Shown here: piece after piece, positions 38,309 to 47,782 of the stretch
Position numbering within the stretch: the stretch's first letter is position 1
Layout of the letters: each line of letters starts with the position of its first letter
Assembly (NCBI RefSeq): GCF_943371715.1
Contig: NZ_CALRVW010000021.1
Location: forward strand, 2,254-66,253
Length of the DNA stretch: 64,000 nucleotides
From: Polaromonas sp. YR568
Lineage (GTDB): Bacteria > Pseudomonadota > Gammaproteobacteria > Burkholderiales > Burkholderiaceae_C
Reading direction: 5' to 3'
Notes under the pieces: model-generated
The model's database searches: none
What the model saw: only the letters and a program-made list of their open reading frames with translations
Told to the model about the DNA's origin: nothing
Made by a program: the position numbers and the translations under genes

Positions 38309-38392
38309 CATGCACCTTGCATGACGAACAGAAGCTTAGAAGGCATTCACCTTGCATGTCAAGCGCTTGTTAACATGCATGCACCTTGTAGA
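38309..38392. promoter_or_regulatory. Three operator repeats, consensus CATGCA-CCT-TGCATG
   Basis: 38309-38323 CATGCACCTTGCATG, 38344-38358 CATTCACCTTGCATG, 38378-38392 CATGCACCTTGTAGA. Confidence 0.85.
38333..38362 (-). promoter_or_regulatory. Strong sigma70-type promoter for the phage early operon
   Basis: TTGACA (38362-38357), 18-nt spacer, TAAGCT (38338-38333); operator 2 lies in the spacer. Confidence 0.75.
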
Positions 38393-38412
38393 CAAATCAC
38401 GTAAAGGCTGAT

Positions 38413-38676
38413 ATGCAAAACACACTAGACCTACTGAAAAAGGCAACGGAAGAACAGCCGCTGCCGTACTGGACTAAGAAACTTGAACTCTCGAAAAACA
38501 CGCTTTCGACGTCGAAAATTCGTGGGCACCTGAGCCCTGCAATAGCAGGGCGTTTAGCCGAGTTTCTAGAGGAAGATGTCGAGCACTGGGTAATGGTTGC
38601 CGCGCTTGAATCTGAGCGTGACAGTGCGTGCAAAACGCACCTGCTGAAACGGATGAAAGACCGCGTAAAACGTTGA
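38413..38676 (+). CDS. Phage repressor (HTH, inovirus type)
   Basis: HTH-like N-terminus then LSPAIAGRLAEFL..WVMVAALESERDS; divergent from the main operon across the operators. Confidence 0.8.
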   Translation: MQNTLDLLKKATEEQPLPYWTKKLELSKNTLSTSKIRGHLSPAIAGRLAEFLEEDVEHWVMVAALESERDSACKTHLLKRMKDRVKR

Positions 38677-38686
38677 TTTTACGGAG
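38661..38686. other. attR (26 bp): CCGCGTAAAACG-TT-GATTTACGGAGC
   Basis: Left arm complements the attL right arm; the TT core overlaps the repressor last codon and stop. Confidence 0.8.
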
Positions 38687-38723
38687 CTTTCACCGGGTTA
38701 CCCTGAGACACAAGGAAAGTGTC

Positions 38724-39599
38724 ATGACAACCCAACAATTGATTCTGAGCCTGGTGCTGGCCACCATGGTGTTTTCGGTCGCGCTGGAACTCAGGGTGAG
38801 CGACTTCAGGCGCGTCGCGCAAACACCCAAAGCGGTGGTCTGCGGGCTGATCCCGCAGTTCATCCTGCTGCCGGTGGGCACCTGGCTGGCCACCCTGGCG
38901 CTGGACCTGCCACCCAACGTCGAGGCCGCGATGATCCTGGTGGCGGCCTGCCCCGGCGGCAGCCTGAGCAACGTGATTACCCACCTGGGCCGCGGCAACA
39001 CGGCGCTGTCGGTCAGCGTGTCGGCCGTGGCCAGCGTCATTGCGCTGGTCGCCACACCGTTCAACTTCAGCTGGATGGTGGCGGCCAACCCAGCCACGGC
39101 CGGCTGGCTCAAGACGCTGGACATCGACCCCTCGGGCATCTGGATCAGCCTGTTCCTGCTGCTGGCTCTGCCGATGGCCTTGGGCCTGCTGTTTTCGCAC
39201 CAGTTGCCTGCGCTGACGGCGCGCATCCGCAAGCCACTGGGCAACTTTTCGCTGCTGGCCCTGCTGGCTTTCATCGTGCTGGGGCTGATCAAGGAGCGCC
39301 AGTTGCTGACGCTGGGCCTGCTTCCCATGCTGGCCATCGTGATCGCGCACAACGCCAGCGGACTGTTTTTCGGCTGGGCCACCAGCAAGGCCATGGGTGT
39401 GAGCGAACGCGACCGGCGCGCCGTGATGATCGAGGGCGGCATGCAGAACTCGGGCCTGGCGCTGGGCATCATTGCCGTACAGTTCAACTCGGACCTCGGC
39501 ATGGTCATCATTGCCAGCCTGTGGGGCATGTGGCACATCGTCAGCGGCCTGTCGCTGGCCTACTTCTGGAGGAAAAAAGATGCTCGACTTGCTTATTAA
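38724..39599 (+). CDS. Bile acid:sodium symporter family transporter
   Basis: AACPGGSLSN, EGGMQNSGLAL, multiple TM helices. Confidence 0.92.
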   Translation: MTTQQLILSLVLATMVFSVALELRVSDFRRVAQTPKAVVCGLIPQFILLPVGTWLATLALDLPPNVEAAMILVAACPGGSLSNVITHLGRGNTALSVSVSAVASVIALVATPFNFSWMVAANPATAGWLKTLDIDPSGIWISLFLLLALPMALGLLFSHQLPALTARIRKPLGNFSLLALLAFIVLGLIKERQLLTLGLLPMLAIVIAHNASGLFFGWATSKAMGVSERDRRAVMIEGGMQNSGLALGIIAVQFNSDLGMVIIASLWGMWHIVSGLSLAYFWRKKDARLAY

Positions 39600-41340
39600 G
39601 GGCGGCACCGTCGTCGACGGCAGCGGCGCTGCGCCCTTTGTGGCCGACGTCGGCGTGCAGGACGGCCGCATCGTGGCCATCGGCCCGATCACCGCGGCGG
39701 CGCGCGACACCGTGGACGCCAGCGGTGCCTGGGTCACACCGGGTTTTGTGGACATCCACACCCACTACGACGGCCAGGCCACCTGGGACGAAACCTTCAG
39801 CCCCAGCATCCACCATGGCGTGACGACCGTGGTCATGGGCAACTGCGGCGTCGGCTTCGCGCCGCTGCGGCCGGGCAGCGAGGACCGCCTGATCAAGCTG
39901 ATGGAGTGCGTGGAAGACATCCCTGGCGTGGCGCTGACCGAAGGCGTGAAATTTTCATGGGAGAGTTTTGGCGACTACCTGAACGCACTCGACGCCATGC
40001 CGCACAGCCTGGACTTCCTGGCCATGGTGCCGCACGACCCGCTGCGCATGCTGGTGATGGGCGAACGCGCCGAGGCACGCGAAGCCGCCAGCGCGCAGGA
40101 CATTGCTGCCATGCGCGAGCACCTGCGCACCGCGCTGGCGGCCGGGGCGGTGGGTTTTTCCACCGGCCGCTCGGACAACCACCGCACGGCCGAGGGGCAC
40201 GACACACCAGCCTCGATTGCCAGCGCGGCCGAGCTGACCGGCATCGCCGCGGCCTTCGAAGGCCTGAGCCACGGCGTGGTGCAGGTCGTCAGCGATTTCG
40301 ACCTGATGCAGGGACCGCAGAACTTCGATGCCGAGTTCGACCTGGTCGAGCAGCTGGCGGCGGCCAGCGGACGGCCGCTGTCGATGAGCTGGCTGCAGCG
40401 CGATCCGGGCGGCGAGCAATACCTGGCCATGCAGGCCCGCGTGGAAGCGGCCGTGGCGCGCGGGCTGCCGCTGTACCTGCAGACCGCGGCGCGCGGCATT
40501 GGCGTCATCAACGGGCTGGACGCGAGTTTTCACCCTTTCATGGGTTTTCCCGGCTACAAGGAAATTGCTACGCTTTCAGTAGCTGACCGCGCAGCCGCCA
40601 TGCGGGAACCAGCCCGAAAAGCCCGCATCCTGGGCGAGAAGTCGGAGCGCCTGGCGGGCGATGGCACACCGATTCCGCCGCTGGTGGACATGCTGCTGGC
40701 GCGCATTGAAATGATCGCCGGGCGCATGTTCCCGCTGGACGCCACGCTCAACTATGAACCCAACGTGATGCAGAGTTTTCTGGTGCGCGCCAAACAGCGG
40801 GGCATCACCGCGCTGGAGGCGCTGTACGACTACTTCAGCGAAGGCGACGGCAGCCAGTTGGTCTACTTCCCGATCTTCAACTACAACCAGGGCTCGCTCG
40901 ACACCGTGCGCCAGATGCTGGGCCACCCGCGCGCGCTGTTCGGCCTCGGCGACGCCGGCGCGCATGTGGGTACCGTCTGCGACGCGAGTTTTTCCACCTT
41001 CATGCTCACGCACTGGGTGCAGGGCCGGGCGCAGGACCGCCTGCCGCTGGAGCAGGCGGTGGAAATGATGAGCTCGCGCAATGCGCGCTACCTGGGGCTG
41101 AGCGACCGCGGTCGGCTGGCGGTCGGCCTGCGGGCCGACATCAACGTCATCGACCCCTTGCGATTGAGCGTCGGGCTGCCGCAGCTGGTGCGCGACCTGC
41201 CCGCCGGCGGCAAACGTTTCCTGCAGAAGGCGCAGGGTTACATCGGCACCTGGGTCGCAGGCCAGTGTGTGGCCCGCGAAGGTGAAGTCACGGCCGCGCG
41301 GCCGGGCCGGCTCGTGCGTTCAGGCCAGGGCGCGGCCTGA
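39580..41340 (+). CDS. Amidohydrolase (N-acyl-D-amino-acid deacylase family)
   Basis: [41 protein letters not shown]. Confidence 0.9.
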   Translation: MLDLLIKGGTVVDGSGAAPFVADVGVQDGRIVAIGPITAAARDTVDASGAWVTPGFVDIHTHYDGQATWDETFSPSIHHGVTTVVMGNCGVGFAPLRPGSEDRLIKLMECVEDIPGVALTEGVKFSWESFGDYLNALDAMPHSLDFLAMVPHDPLRMLVMGERAEAREAASAQDIAAMREHLRTALAAGAVGFSTGRSDNHRTAEGHDTPASIASAAELTGIAAAFEGLSHGVVQVVSDFDLMQGPQNFDAEFDLVEQLAAASGRPLSMSWLQRDPGGEQYLAMQARVEAAVARGLPLYLQTAARGIGVINGLDASFHPFMGFPGYKEIATLSVADRAAAMREPARKARILGEKSERLAGDGTPIPPLVDMLLARIEMIAGRMFPLDATLNYEPNVMQSFLVRAKQRGITALEALYDYFSEGDGSQLVYFPIFNYNQGSLDTVRQMLGHPRALFGLGDAGAHVGTVCDASFSTFMLTHWVQGRAQDRLPLEQAVEMMSSRNARYLGLSDRGRLAVGLRADINVIDPLRLSVGLPQLVRDLPAGGKRFLQKAQGYIGTWVAGQCVAREGEVTAARPGRLVRSGQGAA

Positions 41341-42948
41341 ACGCAGGCGAAAGGCCAGCGCCAGCCCCGCGACACCCAGGCCCAGCGCCCACCACGGCCA
41401 CAGGCCGTAACGCGACACCCACCATGCGTAAGGCGTGATGCCGTTGCGGCCCTCGACCTCGCCGACCAGCACGCCGCGCGTGTGGCGCGGCAGTTCGTGG
41501 GTGACCTTGCCGCGGTGGTCAATGATGACCGTGGCGCCGGTGTTGGTGGCGCGCAGCATGGGCCGCTCGAATTCGAGCGCGCGCATGCGCGAGATGGCCA
41601 GGTGCTGGTCGATGGCGATGGTGTTGCCGAACCAGCCGATGTTGCTGAGGTTGACGAGCACCGTGGGCGCCGTGGCAAGGTTGGTGAAACTGGCGCCCAG
41701 CTCTTCGCCAAACAGGTCTTCGTAGCAGATGTTGGGCGCCAGCCGCTGGCCCTGCCAGTCAAACGAGGGCTGGCCGAGCGGGCCGCGCTTGAAGTCGCCG
41801 AGCGGGATGTTCATGAGGTTGATGAACCAGCGAAAGCCCGGCGGGACAAACTCGCCAAAGGGCACCAGGTGATGCTTGTCGAAACGGAAGGCCTGGGCCT
41901 GGCCGGGCTTGAGCCCCACCGCCGAATTGGCGTAACCCGTGCTGTAGCTGCCCAGCGGCATGCCGATCAGCGCCGCCTGCTGGCCCGAGGCAAAACGCGC
42001 CTGCACGGCGCTCCAGTAACCTTCGGGCAGTTGCTGCGGCAGCAGCGGAAGGGAAGTTTCCGGCGCCACCACCAGCGCGGTTCTGGCGCCCTGCAGTTGC
42101 TCGCCATACCAGCGCAGTGCCGTCGGCAGGCCGGTGCCAGGCTGGAATTTTTCGTCCTGGGGAATGTTCCCTTGGAGCAGCGTCACCTGCAGGCTGCCGG
42201 CCGAGGTGGAGGTCTGCTTTCCGGCCACCAGTGCCCCCGCCACGATCAACGCCGCCAGCACCGGGAACACGACCAGTTGGCGCCGTGACCGGCCCAGGCC
42301 AGCCAGGCTGGCGGCCAGGAAAGCGGCCAGGAGGGTGATGCCGTGCACCCCGATCCAGCGCGCATAACCGTCCAGCCAGCCGTCCAGGTGCGCGTAGCCG
42401 GCCGCGCCCCACGGAAAGCCGGTGAAAAACTCGACACGGGCCAGTTCGGCCAGCAGCCAGAGGGCCGCAAAAACAAGCGCCCGGCGGGTTCGCCCGGCGG
42501 GCGCCAGCCGGACATAGGCCGCGCAGGCCAGCGCGTAGTAAGTGGCCAGAAAAATCGCCAGGCCGCCCACGGCGAGCACTGTCAGCGGCGCGGCCAGGCC
42601 GCCGTAGACATGCAGCGAGATGAACAGCCACCAGAAAATGCCGCTCAGCCAGGCGCTGCCAAACAGCCAGCCCAGCAGCAGCCCCTGCTTGAAGCGGGCG
42701 CAGCGGTCCAGCGAGCGGACCAGCGCAGCCAGCGCCAGCAGCTGCAGCCACCAGACCGGCTGGCCCTGCGCCAACCCCGAGGAAAAAGGCCACGCAATGC
42801 TCAATGCGTGGGCGCAGCCAGCTATTAAAACAATAGCGATGTCGAGAAAGGAAAGCCCCTTGCGCGCTTGCGGGTGCCGGACATGCTCCAGCAGGGCTGG
42901 CAGCGTGGGCAGCGCCGACATCATGCTGTGGATCGAGTTCCGTGCCAT
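41320..42948 (-). CDS. lnt: Apolipoprotein N-acyltransferase
   Basis: TGFPWG, QGNIPQDEKF, PET, KHHLVPFGE, ICYED, RATNTG. Confidence 0.96.
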   Translation of the reverse strand: MARNSIHSMMSALPTLPALLEHVRHPQARKGLSFLDIAIVLIAGCAHALSIAWPFSSGLAQGQPVWWLQLLALAALVRSLDRCARFKQGLLLGWLFGSAWLSGIFWWLFISLHVYGGLAAPLTVLAVGGLAIFLATYYALACAAYVRLAPAGRTRRALVFAALWLLAELARVEFFTGFPWGAAGYAHLDGWLDGYARWIGVHGITLLAAFLAASLAGLGRSRRQLVVFPVLAALIVAGALVAGKQTSTSAGSLQVTLLQGNIPQDEKFQPGTGLPTALRWYGEQLQGARTALVVAPETSLPLLPQQLPEGYWSAVQARFASGQQAALIGMPLGSYSTGYANSAVGLKPGQAQAFRFDKHHLVPFGEFVPPGFRWFINLMNIPLGDFKRGPLGQPSFDWQGQRLAPNICYEDLFGEELGASFTNLATAPTVLVNLSNIGWFGNTIAIDQHLAISRMRALEFERPMLRATNTGATVIIDHRGKVTHELPRHTRGVLVGEVEGRNGITPYAWWVSRYGLWPWWALGLGVAGLALAFRLRSGRALA

Positions 42949-42971
42949 CCGCTGCTTCTGCCCGCCGCGCC

Positions 42972-43871
42972 TCAGGTGCCCGTGCCGACGGGCGAAACCT
43001 TGAACCAGCGCACCGCGCCGCCTTTGGTGTGCAGCACGGTGAACTGCAGGCCGGCCAGCGCGTAGAGTTCGCCGCGCTTGGGCACATGGCCCATCTCGTG
43101 GGCGACCAGGCCGCCAATCGTCTCGAAGTCGGTTTCGGGCAGCAGCACACTGAAGGCCTCGTTGACACGTTCGATCGAGGTGTCGCCGCTGACGCGGTAG
43201 GTGTGGTCGGTCAGGCCGAAGATGTCGCCCTCGTCCTCGGCGATGTCGAACTCGTCCTCGATCTCGCCGACGATCTGCTCGAGCACGTCTTCAATCGTGA
43301 TGAGGCCGGCGACACGGCCGAACTCGTCAATGACGATGGCCAGGTGGTTGCGGTTGCCGCGGAATTCGCGCAGCAGGTCGTTCAGGCCCTTGCTCTCGGG
43401 CACAAACACCGCCGGCCGCAGCAGCGCACGGATGTTGAGCTCGGGCGCGCGCTGCAGCTTGAGAAGGTCCTTGGCCATCAGGATGCCAATGATGTTTTCC
43501 TTCTCGTTTTCGTAAACGGGAAAACGCGAGTGGGCGGTGTCGATCACCAGATGCAGCAACTCGTCGAAGGGGGCGTCGATGTTGATGACGTCCATGCGCG
43601 GTGTGGCCACCATCACGTCACCGGCCGTCATGTCGGCCATGCGGATCACGCCTTCGAGCATCTCCCGGCTTTGCGCGCCGATGACATCGTTGTCCTGCGC
43701 CTCGACCAGGGTTTCGATCAGCTCGTCTTTGGAGTCGGGCCCGGGGTGAAGCATTTCAGCGAGCTTCTGGAGGAAGCCGCGCTTGTCTTCGGGCTTGGGC
43801 GGTCTACTGGGAGGGTTGTCGGACACAGAGGTGTTCGGTAGTTGGCAAGCTGCCAAGGATAACGTATTCAA
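42972..43871 (-). CDS. corC: CBS-pair/CorC Mg-Co efflux-associated protein (true start may be ~43823)
   Basis: HSRFPV, RGNRNHLAIVIDEFG, LEQIVGEIEDEFD; upstream of lnt as usual. Confidence 0.93.
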   Translation of the reverse strand: MNTLSLAACQLPNTSVSDNPPSRPPKPEDKRGFLQKLAEMLHPGPDSKDELIETLVEAQDNDVIGAQSREMLEGVIRMADMTAGDVMVATPRMDVINIDAPFDELLHLVIDTAHSRFPVYENEKENIIGILMAKDLLKLQRAPELNIRALLRPAVFVPESKGLNDLLREFRGNRNHLAIVIDEFGRVAGLITIEDVLEQIVGEIEDEFDIAEDEGDIFGLTDHTYRVSGDTSIERVNEAFSVLLPETDFETIGGLVAHEMGHVPKRGELYALAGLQFTVLHTKGGAVRWFKVSPVGTGT

Positions 43872-43889
43872 GTGGCGCGCAGCGCGGCG

Positions 43890-44072
43890 TCACAGGCATT
43901 CTTCGACAGGCTCGGGAAGAACGGTTAAAAGTTGAGCGAGCGTGAGGCCCTCTTGTTCAAGCGGAGGCCGCGGGTCCGGCTTTGCCGGCCCGCAGGCGCA
44001 GCGCCCCCCCCTGCACTGCAAGGGGCAGGGAGCTGCCGCAGGCTCGCAGTGAGCGACCGTGGGGGTCGACAT
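43890..44072 (-). CDS. Possible 60-aa Cys/Pro-rich peptide
   Basis: ATG 4 nt after the sulfatase stop; C..CP.QC....C.CG; no family recognised. Confidence 0.3.
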   Translation of the reverse strand: MSTPTVAHCEPAAAPCPLQCRGGRCACGPAKPDPRPPLEQEGLTLAQLLTVLPEPVEECL

Positions 44073-44076
44073 CTAT

Positions 44077-45411
44077 CTAGCGCTGCGGCATGTCCTTGAC
44101 CGAATAACCCAGGCTCACGGTGGCATCGGCCGGAATCGGCGGCATGCTGTCGTTCCAGCGCTCCCATGCCTCGCGCATGGCCCCCAGGCGCGCCGGTTCG
44201 CGGGCTGACAGGTTGGCGCGCTCACGCTCGTCGGCCGGGATGTTGAAGAGGTAGTCGTTGCCGTCCACCCGCAGATACTTCCAGTCCCCGTCGCGCAGCG
44301 CGCGCTGGCCCCGGTGGTTCATGCGCCAGTAGAGCGGCCGGTGGAAACCGTGGCCGGGCTGCTGCAGCACCGGCAGCAGCGACACGCCGTCCAGCGGATA
44401 GCCGGGAGCGGCTGGCACGCCGGCCGCGTCCAGCAGGGTGGCCGACCAGTCCATGGTCATGCAGTGCTGCTGGCTGACCTGCCCGGGTGCAATCTGCGCC
44501 GGCCAGTGCGCAATCCAGGGCACGCGGATGCCGCCCTCGGTGAGGTCCATCTTGCCGCCGACCAGCGGCCAGTTGTCGGAGAACCGTTCGCCGCCATTGT
44601 CGCTGGTGAACACCACCAGCGTGTTGTCGGCCAGCCCCTGCCGGCGCAAGGCGTCCATCACCTGGCCGATACCTTCGTCCATGTGGTGGATCATGCGACG
44701 GTAGCTGTGGATGTTGCCGCCGTGCAGGTGAAACAGGTTGCCCCTGATCTCCTGCGCCAGCGCCTCATCGTCACGGGTCTCCCAGGGCCAATGCGGTGCG
44801 GTGTAGTGCATGCTCAGAAAAAAGGGCGTGCCCTCCCTGGCGCCGCCGGCCATGCGGGTGACGAAGTCCACCGAGCGCTGCGAGATCAGGTCGGTCAGGT
44901 AGCCGTCTTCCTTTTTTTCCTCGTCGCCGAACCACAGGTCGTGGCTGCCGCCCGAGCTGCAATGTGTGAAGTAGTCCACCCCGCCGGACATGGGGCCAAA
45001 GAACTCGTCATAACCCGAACGCAAGGGGCCGAAAGACGGCGGGTAACCCAGATGCCATTTGCCAATCAGCGCTGTGCGGTAGCCGCTCGCCTTCAGCAAC
45101 GAAGGCAGGGTCGGGTGTTCGGGCGGCAGGCCCAACGTGGTGCTGCCGCGGCTTTTGCTGTTGATGGGCTCTTCGGCGGCGCCGCGCAGGCGGTACTGGT
45201 AACGCGCGGTCATCAGCGCAAAGCGGGTGGGCGAACAGACCGGGGAGTTGGCATACCCCTGGGTGAACTTCATGCCCTTGGCGGCAAGGCGGTCGAGCAC
45301 GGGCGAGACGGGCGCCCGGCCCCCGTAGCAGCCGAGGTCGGCATAACCGAGGTCGTCCGCGACGATGAAGACGATGTTGGGGCGTGGCGAGGCGGCCAAA
45401 GCGGTGTGCAC
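44077..45411 (-). CDS. Sulfatase (formylglycine-dependent)
   Basis: IVADDLG, CSPTR, GKWHLG, SDNGG. Confidence 0.94.
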   Translation of the reverse strand: MHTALAASPRPNIVFIVADDLGYADLGCYGGRAPVSPVLDRLAAKGMKFTQGYANSPVCSPTRFALMTARYQYRLRGAAEEPINSKSRGSTTLGLPPEHPTLPSLLKASGYRTALIGKWHLGYPPSFGPLRSGYDEFFGPMSGGVDYFTHCSSGGSHDLWFGDEEKKEDGYLTDLISQRSVDFVTRMAGGAREGTPFFLSMHYTAPHWPWETRDDEALAQEIRGNLFHLHGGNIHSYRRMIHHMDEGIGQVMDALRRQGLADNTLVVFTSDNGGERFSDNWPLVGGKMDLTEGGIRVPWIAHWPAQIAPGQVSQQHCMTMDWSATLLDAAGVPAAPGYPLDGVSLLPVLQQPGHGFHRPLYWRMNHRGQRALRDGDWKYLRVDGNDYLFNIPADERERANLSAREPARLGAMREAWERWNDSMPPIPADATVSLGYSVKDMPQR

Positions 45412-45415
45412 CGGC

Positions 45416-46426
45416 TCAGGATTCGGGCTTGAAGCCGGAGCGCCGGATCACCGGTGTCCACTGTGTATTGAAGGCCTTGAACGAGGCCTCGGTCTGCGCC
45501 TGGGTCATGGCCACCGGCACCATGTTGGCGGCGGTGAATTTGGCGCGCGTGTCGGGCTCCGACATGATCTGGAACACCGCCTTGCTGAGCAGTTCCACGG
45601 TGGCCCGGGGTGTGGTGGACGGCGCGAAGAACGTGTTCCAGCCCGTGGCACTGAGCGGCAGCCCCTGCTCCTTGAAGGTGGGCACCTTGGGCGAAAACGG
45701 CGAGCGATTGAGGCCCGAGGTGGCCAGGATGCGCAGCTTGCCGCTGTCGTGATGCGGCAGCAGCGAGTCCAGGGTGTCAAAAGCCAGCGGAATCTGCCCG
45801 CCGATCAGGTCGGTGATCAGCGGCGCCGAACCCCGGTAACCCACCACCTCGATGTTGACCTGCGCCATGTAGCTAAGCATCAGTGCGAAAAAATGCGGCA
45901 GGCTGCCGGTGCCGGGCACGCCGGCATTGGCCTTGGCCGGATTGGCGCGAATCCACGCCAGCATGTGCTGCACCTCTTTCACCGGCAGCGCAGAACCCAC
46001 CGCCACGCCGAAGTCGTAATCCGTGACGGCGGCGACCGGGACGTAGTCTTTTTGCACGTCGTATTTGAGGTCCTTGTAGATCAGGGGCGACACGCTCATC
46101 ACGGCCGGGTTGGCGAGCAGCAGCACCGTCTGGTCCGGCGGTGTATTGACCAGTTGCTGCGCCGCCAGCCGACCACCGGCACCGACACGGTTCTCCACAA
46201 TCACCGTCCGCTTGAGCACCTGTTGCAGGCGGTCGGCCACCAGCCGGGCGGCCCGGTCGGTACCGCCGCCCGGTGGATAACCCACCACAATGCGCATCGG
46301 CCCGCTCTGCCCGAGCGCCAGGTGTGGCAGGCCCATGCTGGCAACCAGCGCTCCGGCGGCGGCGGTGTGAACCAGTACTTTGCGGCGGTTCAGGTCGGGG
46401 GGTGCAGTCACGAGGCGCTGTGGCAT
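45416..46426 (-). CDS. Bug/TctC tripartite tricarboxylate transporter substrate-binding protein
   Basis: Tat-like NRRKVL leader, VGYPPGGGTD, VENRVGAGG. Confidence 0.92.
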   Translation of the reverse strand: MPQRLVTAPPDLNRRKVLVHTAAAGALVASMGLPHLALGQSGPMRIVVGYPPGGGTDRAARLVADRLQQVLKRTVIVENRVGAGGRLAAQQLVNTPPDQTVLLLANPAVMSVSPLIYKDLKYDVQKDYVPVAAVTDYDFGVAVGSALPVKEVQHMLAWIRANPAKANAGVPGTGSLPHFFALMLSYMAQVNIEVVGYRGSAPLITDLIGGQIPLAFDTLDSLLPHHDSGKLRILATSGLNRSPFSPKVPTFKEQGLPLSATGWNTFFAPSTTPRATVELLSKAVFQIMSEPDTRAKFTAANMVPVAMTQAQTEASFKAFNTQWTPVIRRSGFKPES

Positions 46427-46508
46427 GATGATTCTCCGGTTTGTCAGCGACGATTGTCCCGACACACCCATTGATTGCGGAAATCAATCATCCCCGGTGA
46501 TAACCCTG

Positions 46509-47048
46509 ATGCCCAGCCCCTCGCCCGCCGTGCCGCGCCTGGCGCAGCCAGAAATTCTCGACGACCTGCTGCTCTACCGGCTAAGCCGCCTGCAGGCGGC
46601 CGCCGGGGGAGTTGTGCTGCGTTACTGTGAAGGCCAGTTCGGGATCACCCGGCGCGAGTGGCGCGTCCTGGCCGTGCTGGCTGCACGCGGGCCCATGGGC
46701 TCGTCTGCGCTGGCGGAGCAGGCGCATCTCGATCGCCCGCGTACCTCCAGGGCCGTCACGGCGCTGGCCGGCAAAAAACTGGTCAGCCGCACCAGCCGCG
46801 TCGGGGACGCCAGACACATCCAGCTGGCGCTCACGTCGGCAGGCAGGGCCATGCACAGTGCGTTGTTTCCCCTGGTCAGCCAGATCAACGGCGACCTGCT
46901 TGCCGCCCTCACGCCCCAGGAAACGGCACAACTTGGCGAAATGCTGGAACGTCTGCAACTTCGTGCGGACGTCATGGCCGACCAGACCGGCCTGCCGCTG
47001 GCTGACCGGTGTCATGGGAGCAGCGCCCGCCACCTCGGGCGGCCGTAA
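46509..47048 (+). CDS. MarR-family transcriptional regulator
   Basis: GITRREWRVL, LDRPRTSRAV, D.R...LT..G; divergent from bug. Confidence 0.9.
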   Translation: MPSPSPAVPRLAQPEILDDLLLYRLSRLQAAAGGVVLRYCEGQFGITRREWRVLAVLAARGPMGSSALAEQAHLDRPRTSRAVTALAGKKLVSRTSRVGDARHIQLALTSAGRAMHSALFPLVSQINGDLLAALTPQETAQLGEMLERLQLRADVMADQTGLPLADRCHGSSARHLGRP

Positions 47049-47056
47049 CGACAACG

Positions 47057-47782
47057 CTACATCGGCATGCGGTCGCGGCTGTCACGCACGCCCTGCCGCA
47101 CTTCCTGGACCATGGCCAGGATGTTCCAGAACTGCTTGGCCTGGACTTTCAGGCGGTAATCGGTCTGGGCAATCTGCTCCTCGACCATCTCGGTCATGCG
47201 CGAGTCCAGATCGGCCGGGGGCAGCTTGAGGTAGGCCTCGCTTTCCGAGCCGTCGCGCTCGATCACGGCGCCAGCCTTGCGGGCGATGTTGAGCATGGCG
47301 GTGTTTTCGCTGAGCGCGTGGATGAACATCATGCTCACCCCGTCATTGCGGGAATGCATCACCGCGCGGTCGAACAGGCGCGCGCCGTAGCCGCGCCCGC
47401 GTGCGTGCTTGAGCACCGACACGCCAAACTCGGCGCAGCTTTTCAGCTCGGGGTCGATCGACAGCGCCAGGTGCGCCATGGCGATCAGCTCGAGCTTGCG
47501 GTTGTAAATGCCGAAAATCTCGTCGCGCTCGAAGTTCAGGCCGGCCACATAACGCTGGATCTGCTCGTCGCGGGCGGCGTAGCCAAAGCGCAGGTAACGG
47601 TCATGCGCATCCAGCGCCAGCAGGTGTTTTTCGATGCGTTCGCCGTGGGTGGGACCGATGGAGCGGATGGGCACCAGCACAGGCGGCCTGTGCGGCGCGC
47701 GCGTTGCGTCGTCCACCGGTGGGCGGAAAAACTCCTTGCCCGCAGAAAGGGACGCCTTGATCAATGTGCCGGGGGTAACCAT
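47057..47782 (-). CDS. GNAT-family N-acetyltransferase
   Basis: DRYLRFG, AEFGVSV...RGRGYG, ENTAML. Confidence 0.88.
   Translation of the reverse strand: MVTPGTLIKASLSAGKEFFRPPVDDATRAPHRPPVLVPIRSIGPTHGERIEKHLLALDAHDRYLRFGYAARDEQIQRYVAGLNFERDEIFGIYNRKLELIAMAHLALSIDPELKSCAEFGVSVLKHARGRGYGARLFDRAVMHSRNDGVSMMFIHALSENTAMLNIARKAGAVIERDGSESEAYLKLPPADLDSRMTEMVEEQIAQTDYRLKVQAKQFWNILAMVQEVRQGVRDSRDRMPM

Larger units (their letters stand above)
28585..38674. mobile_element. Integrated filamentous phage (inovirus), ~10.09 kb, apparently complete
   Basis: Colinear Rep, ssDNA-binding, coat, pIII, pVI, Zot ATPase and secretin genes plus repressor and serine recombinase; visibly lower GC than the flanks; bounded by matching att half-sites. 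Confidence 0.95.

Noticed and set aside
37643-38357. Minus-strand ORFs of 222 aa (37643-38311) and 77 aa (38124-38357)
   Set aside because: Both start inside the promoter or operators; the long one reads as antisense to the + TM genes. A shorter product from 38297 cannot be excluded.
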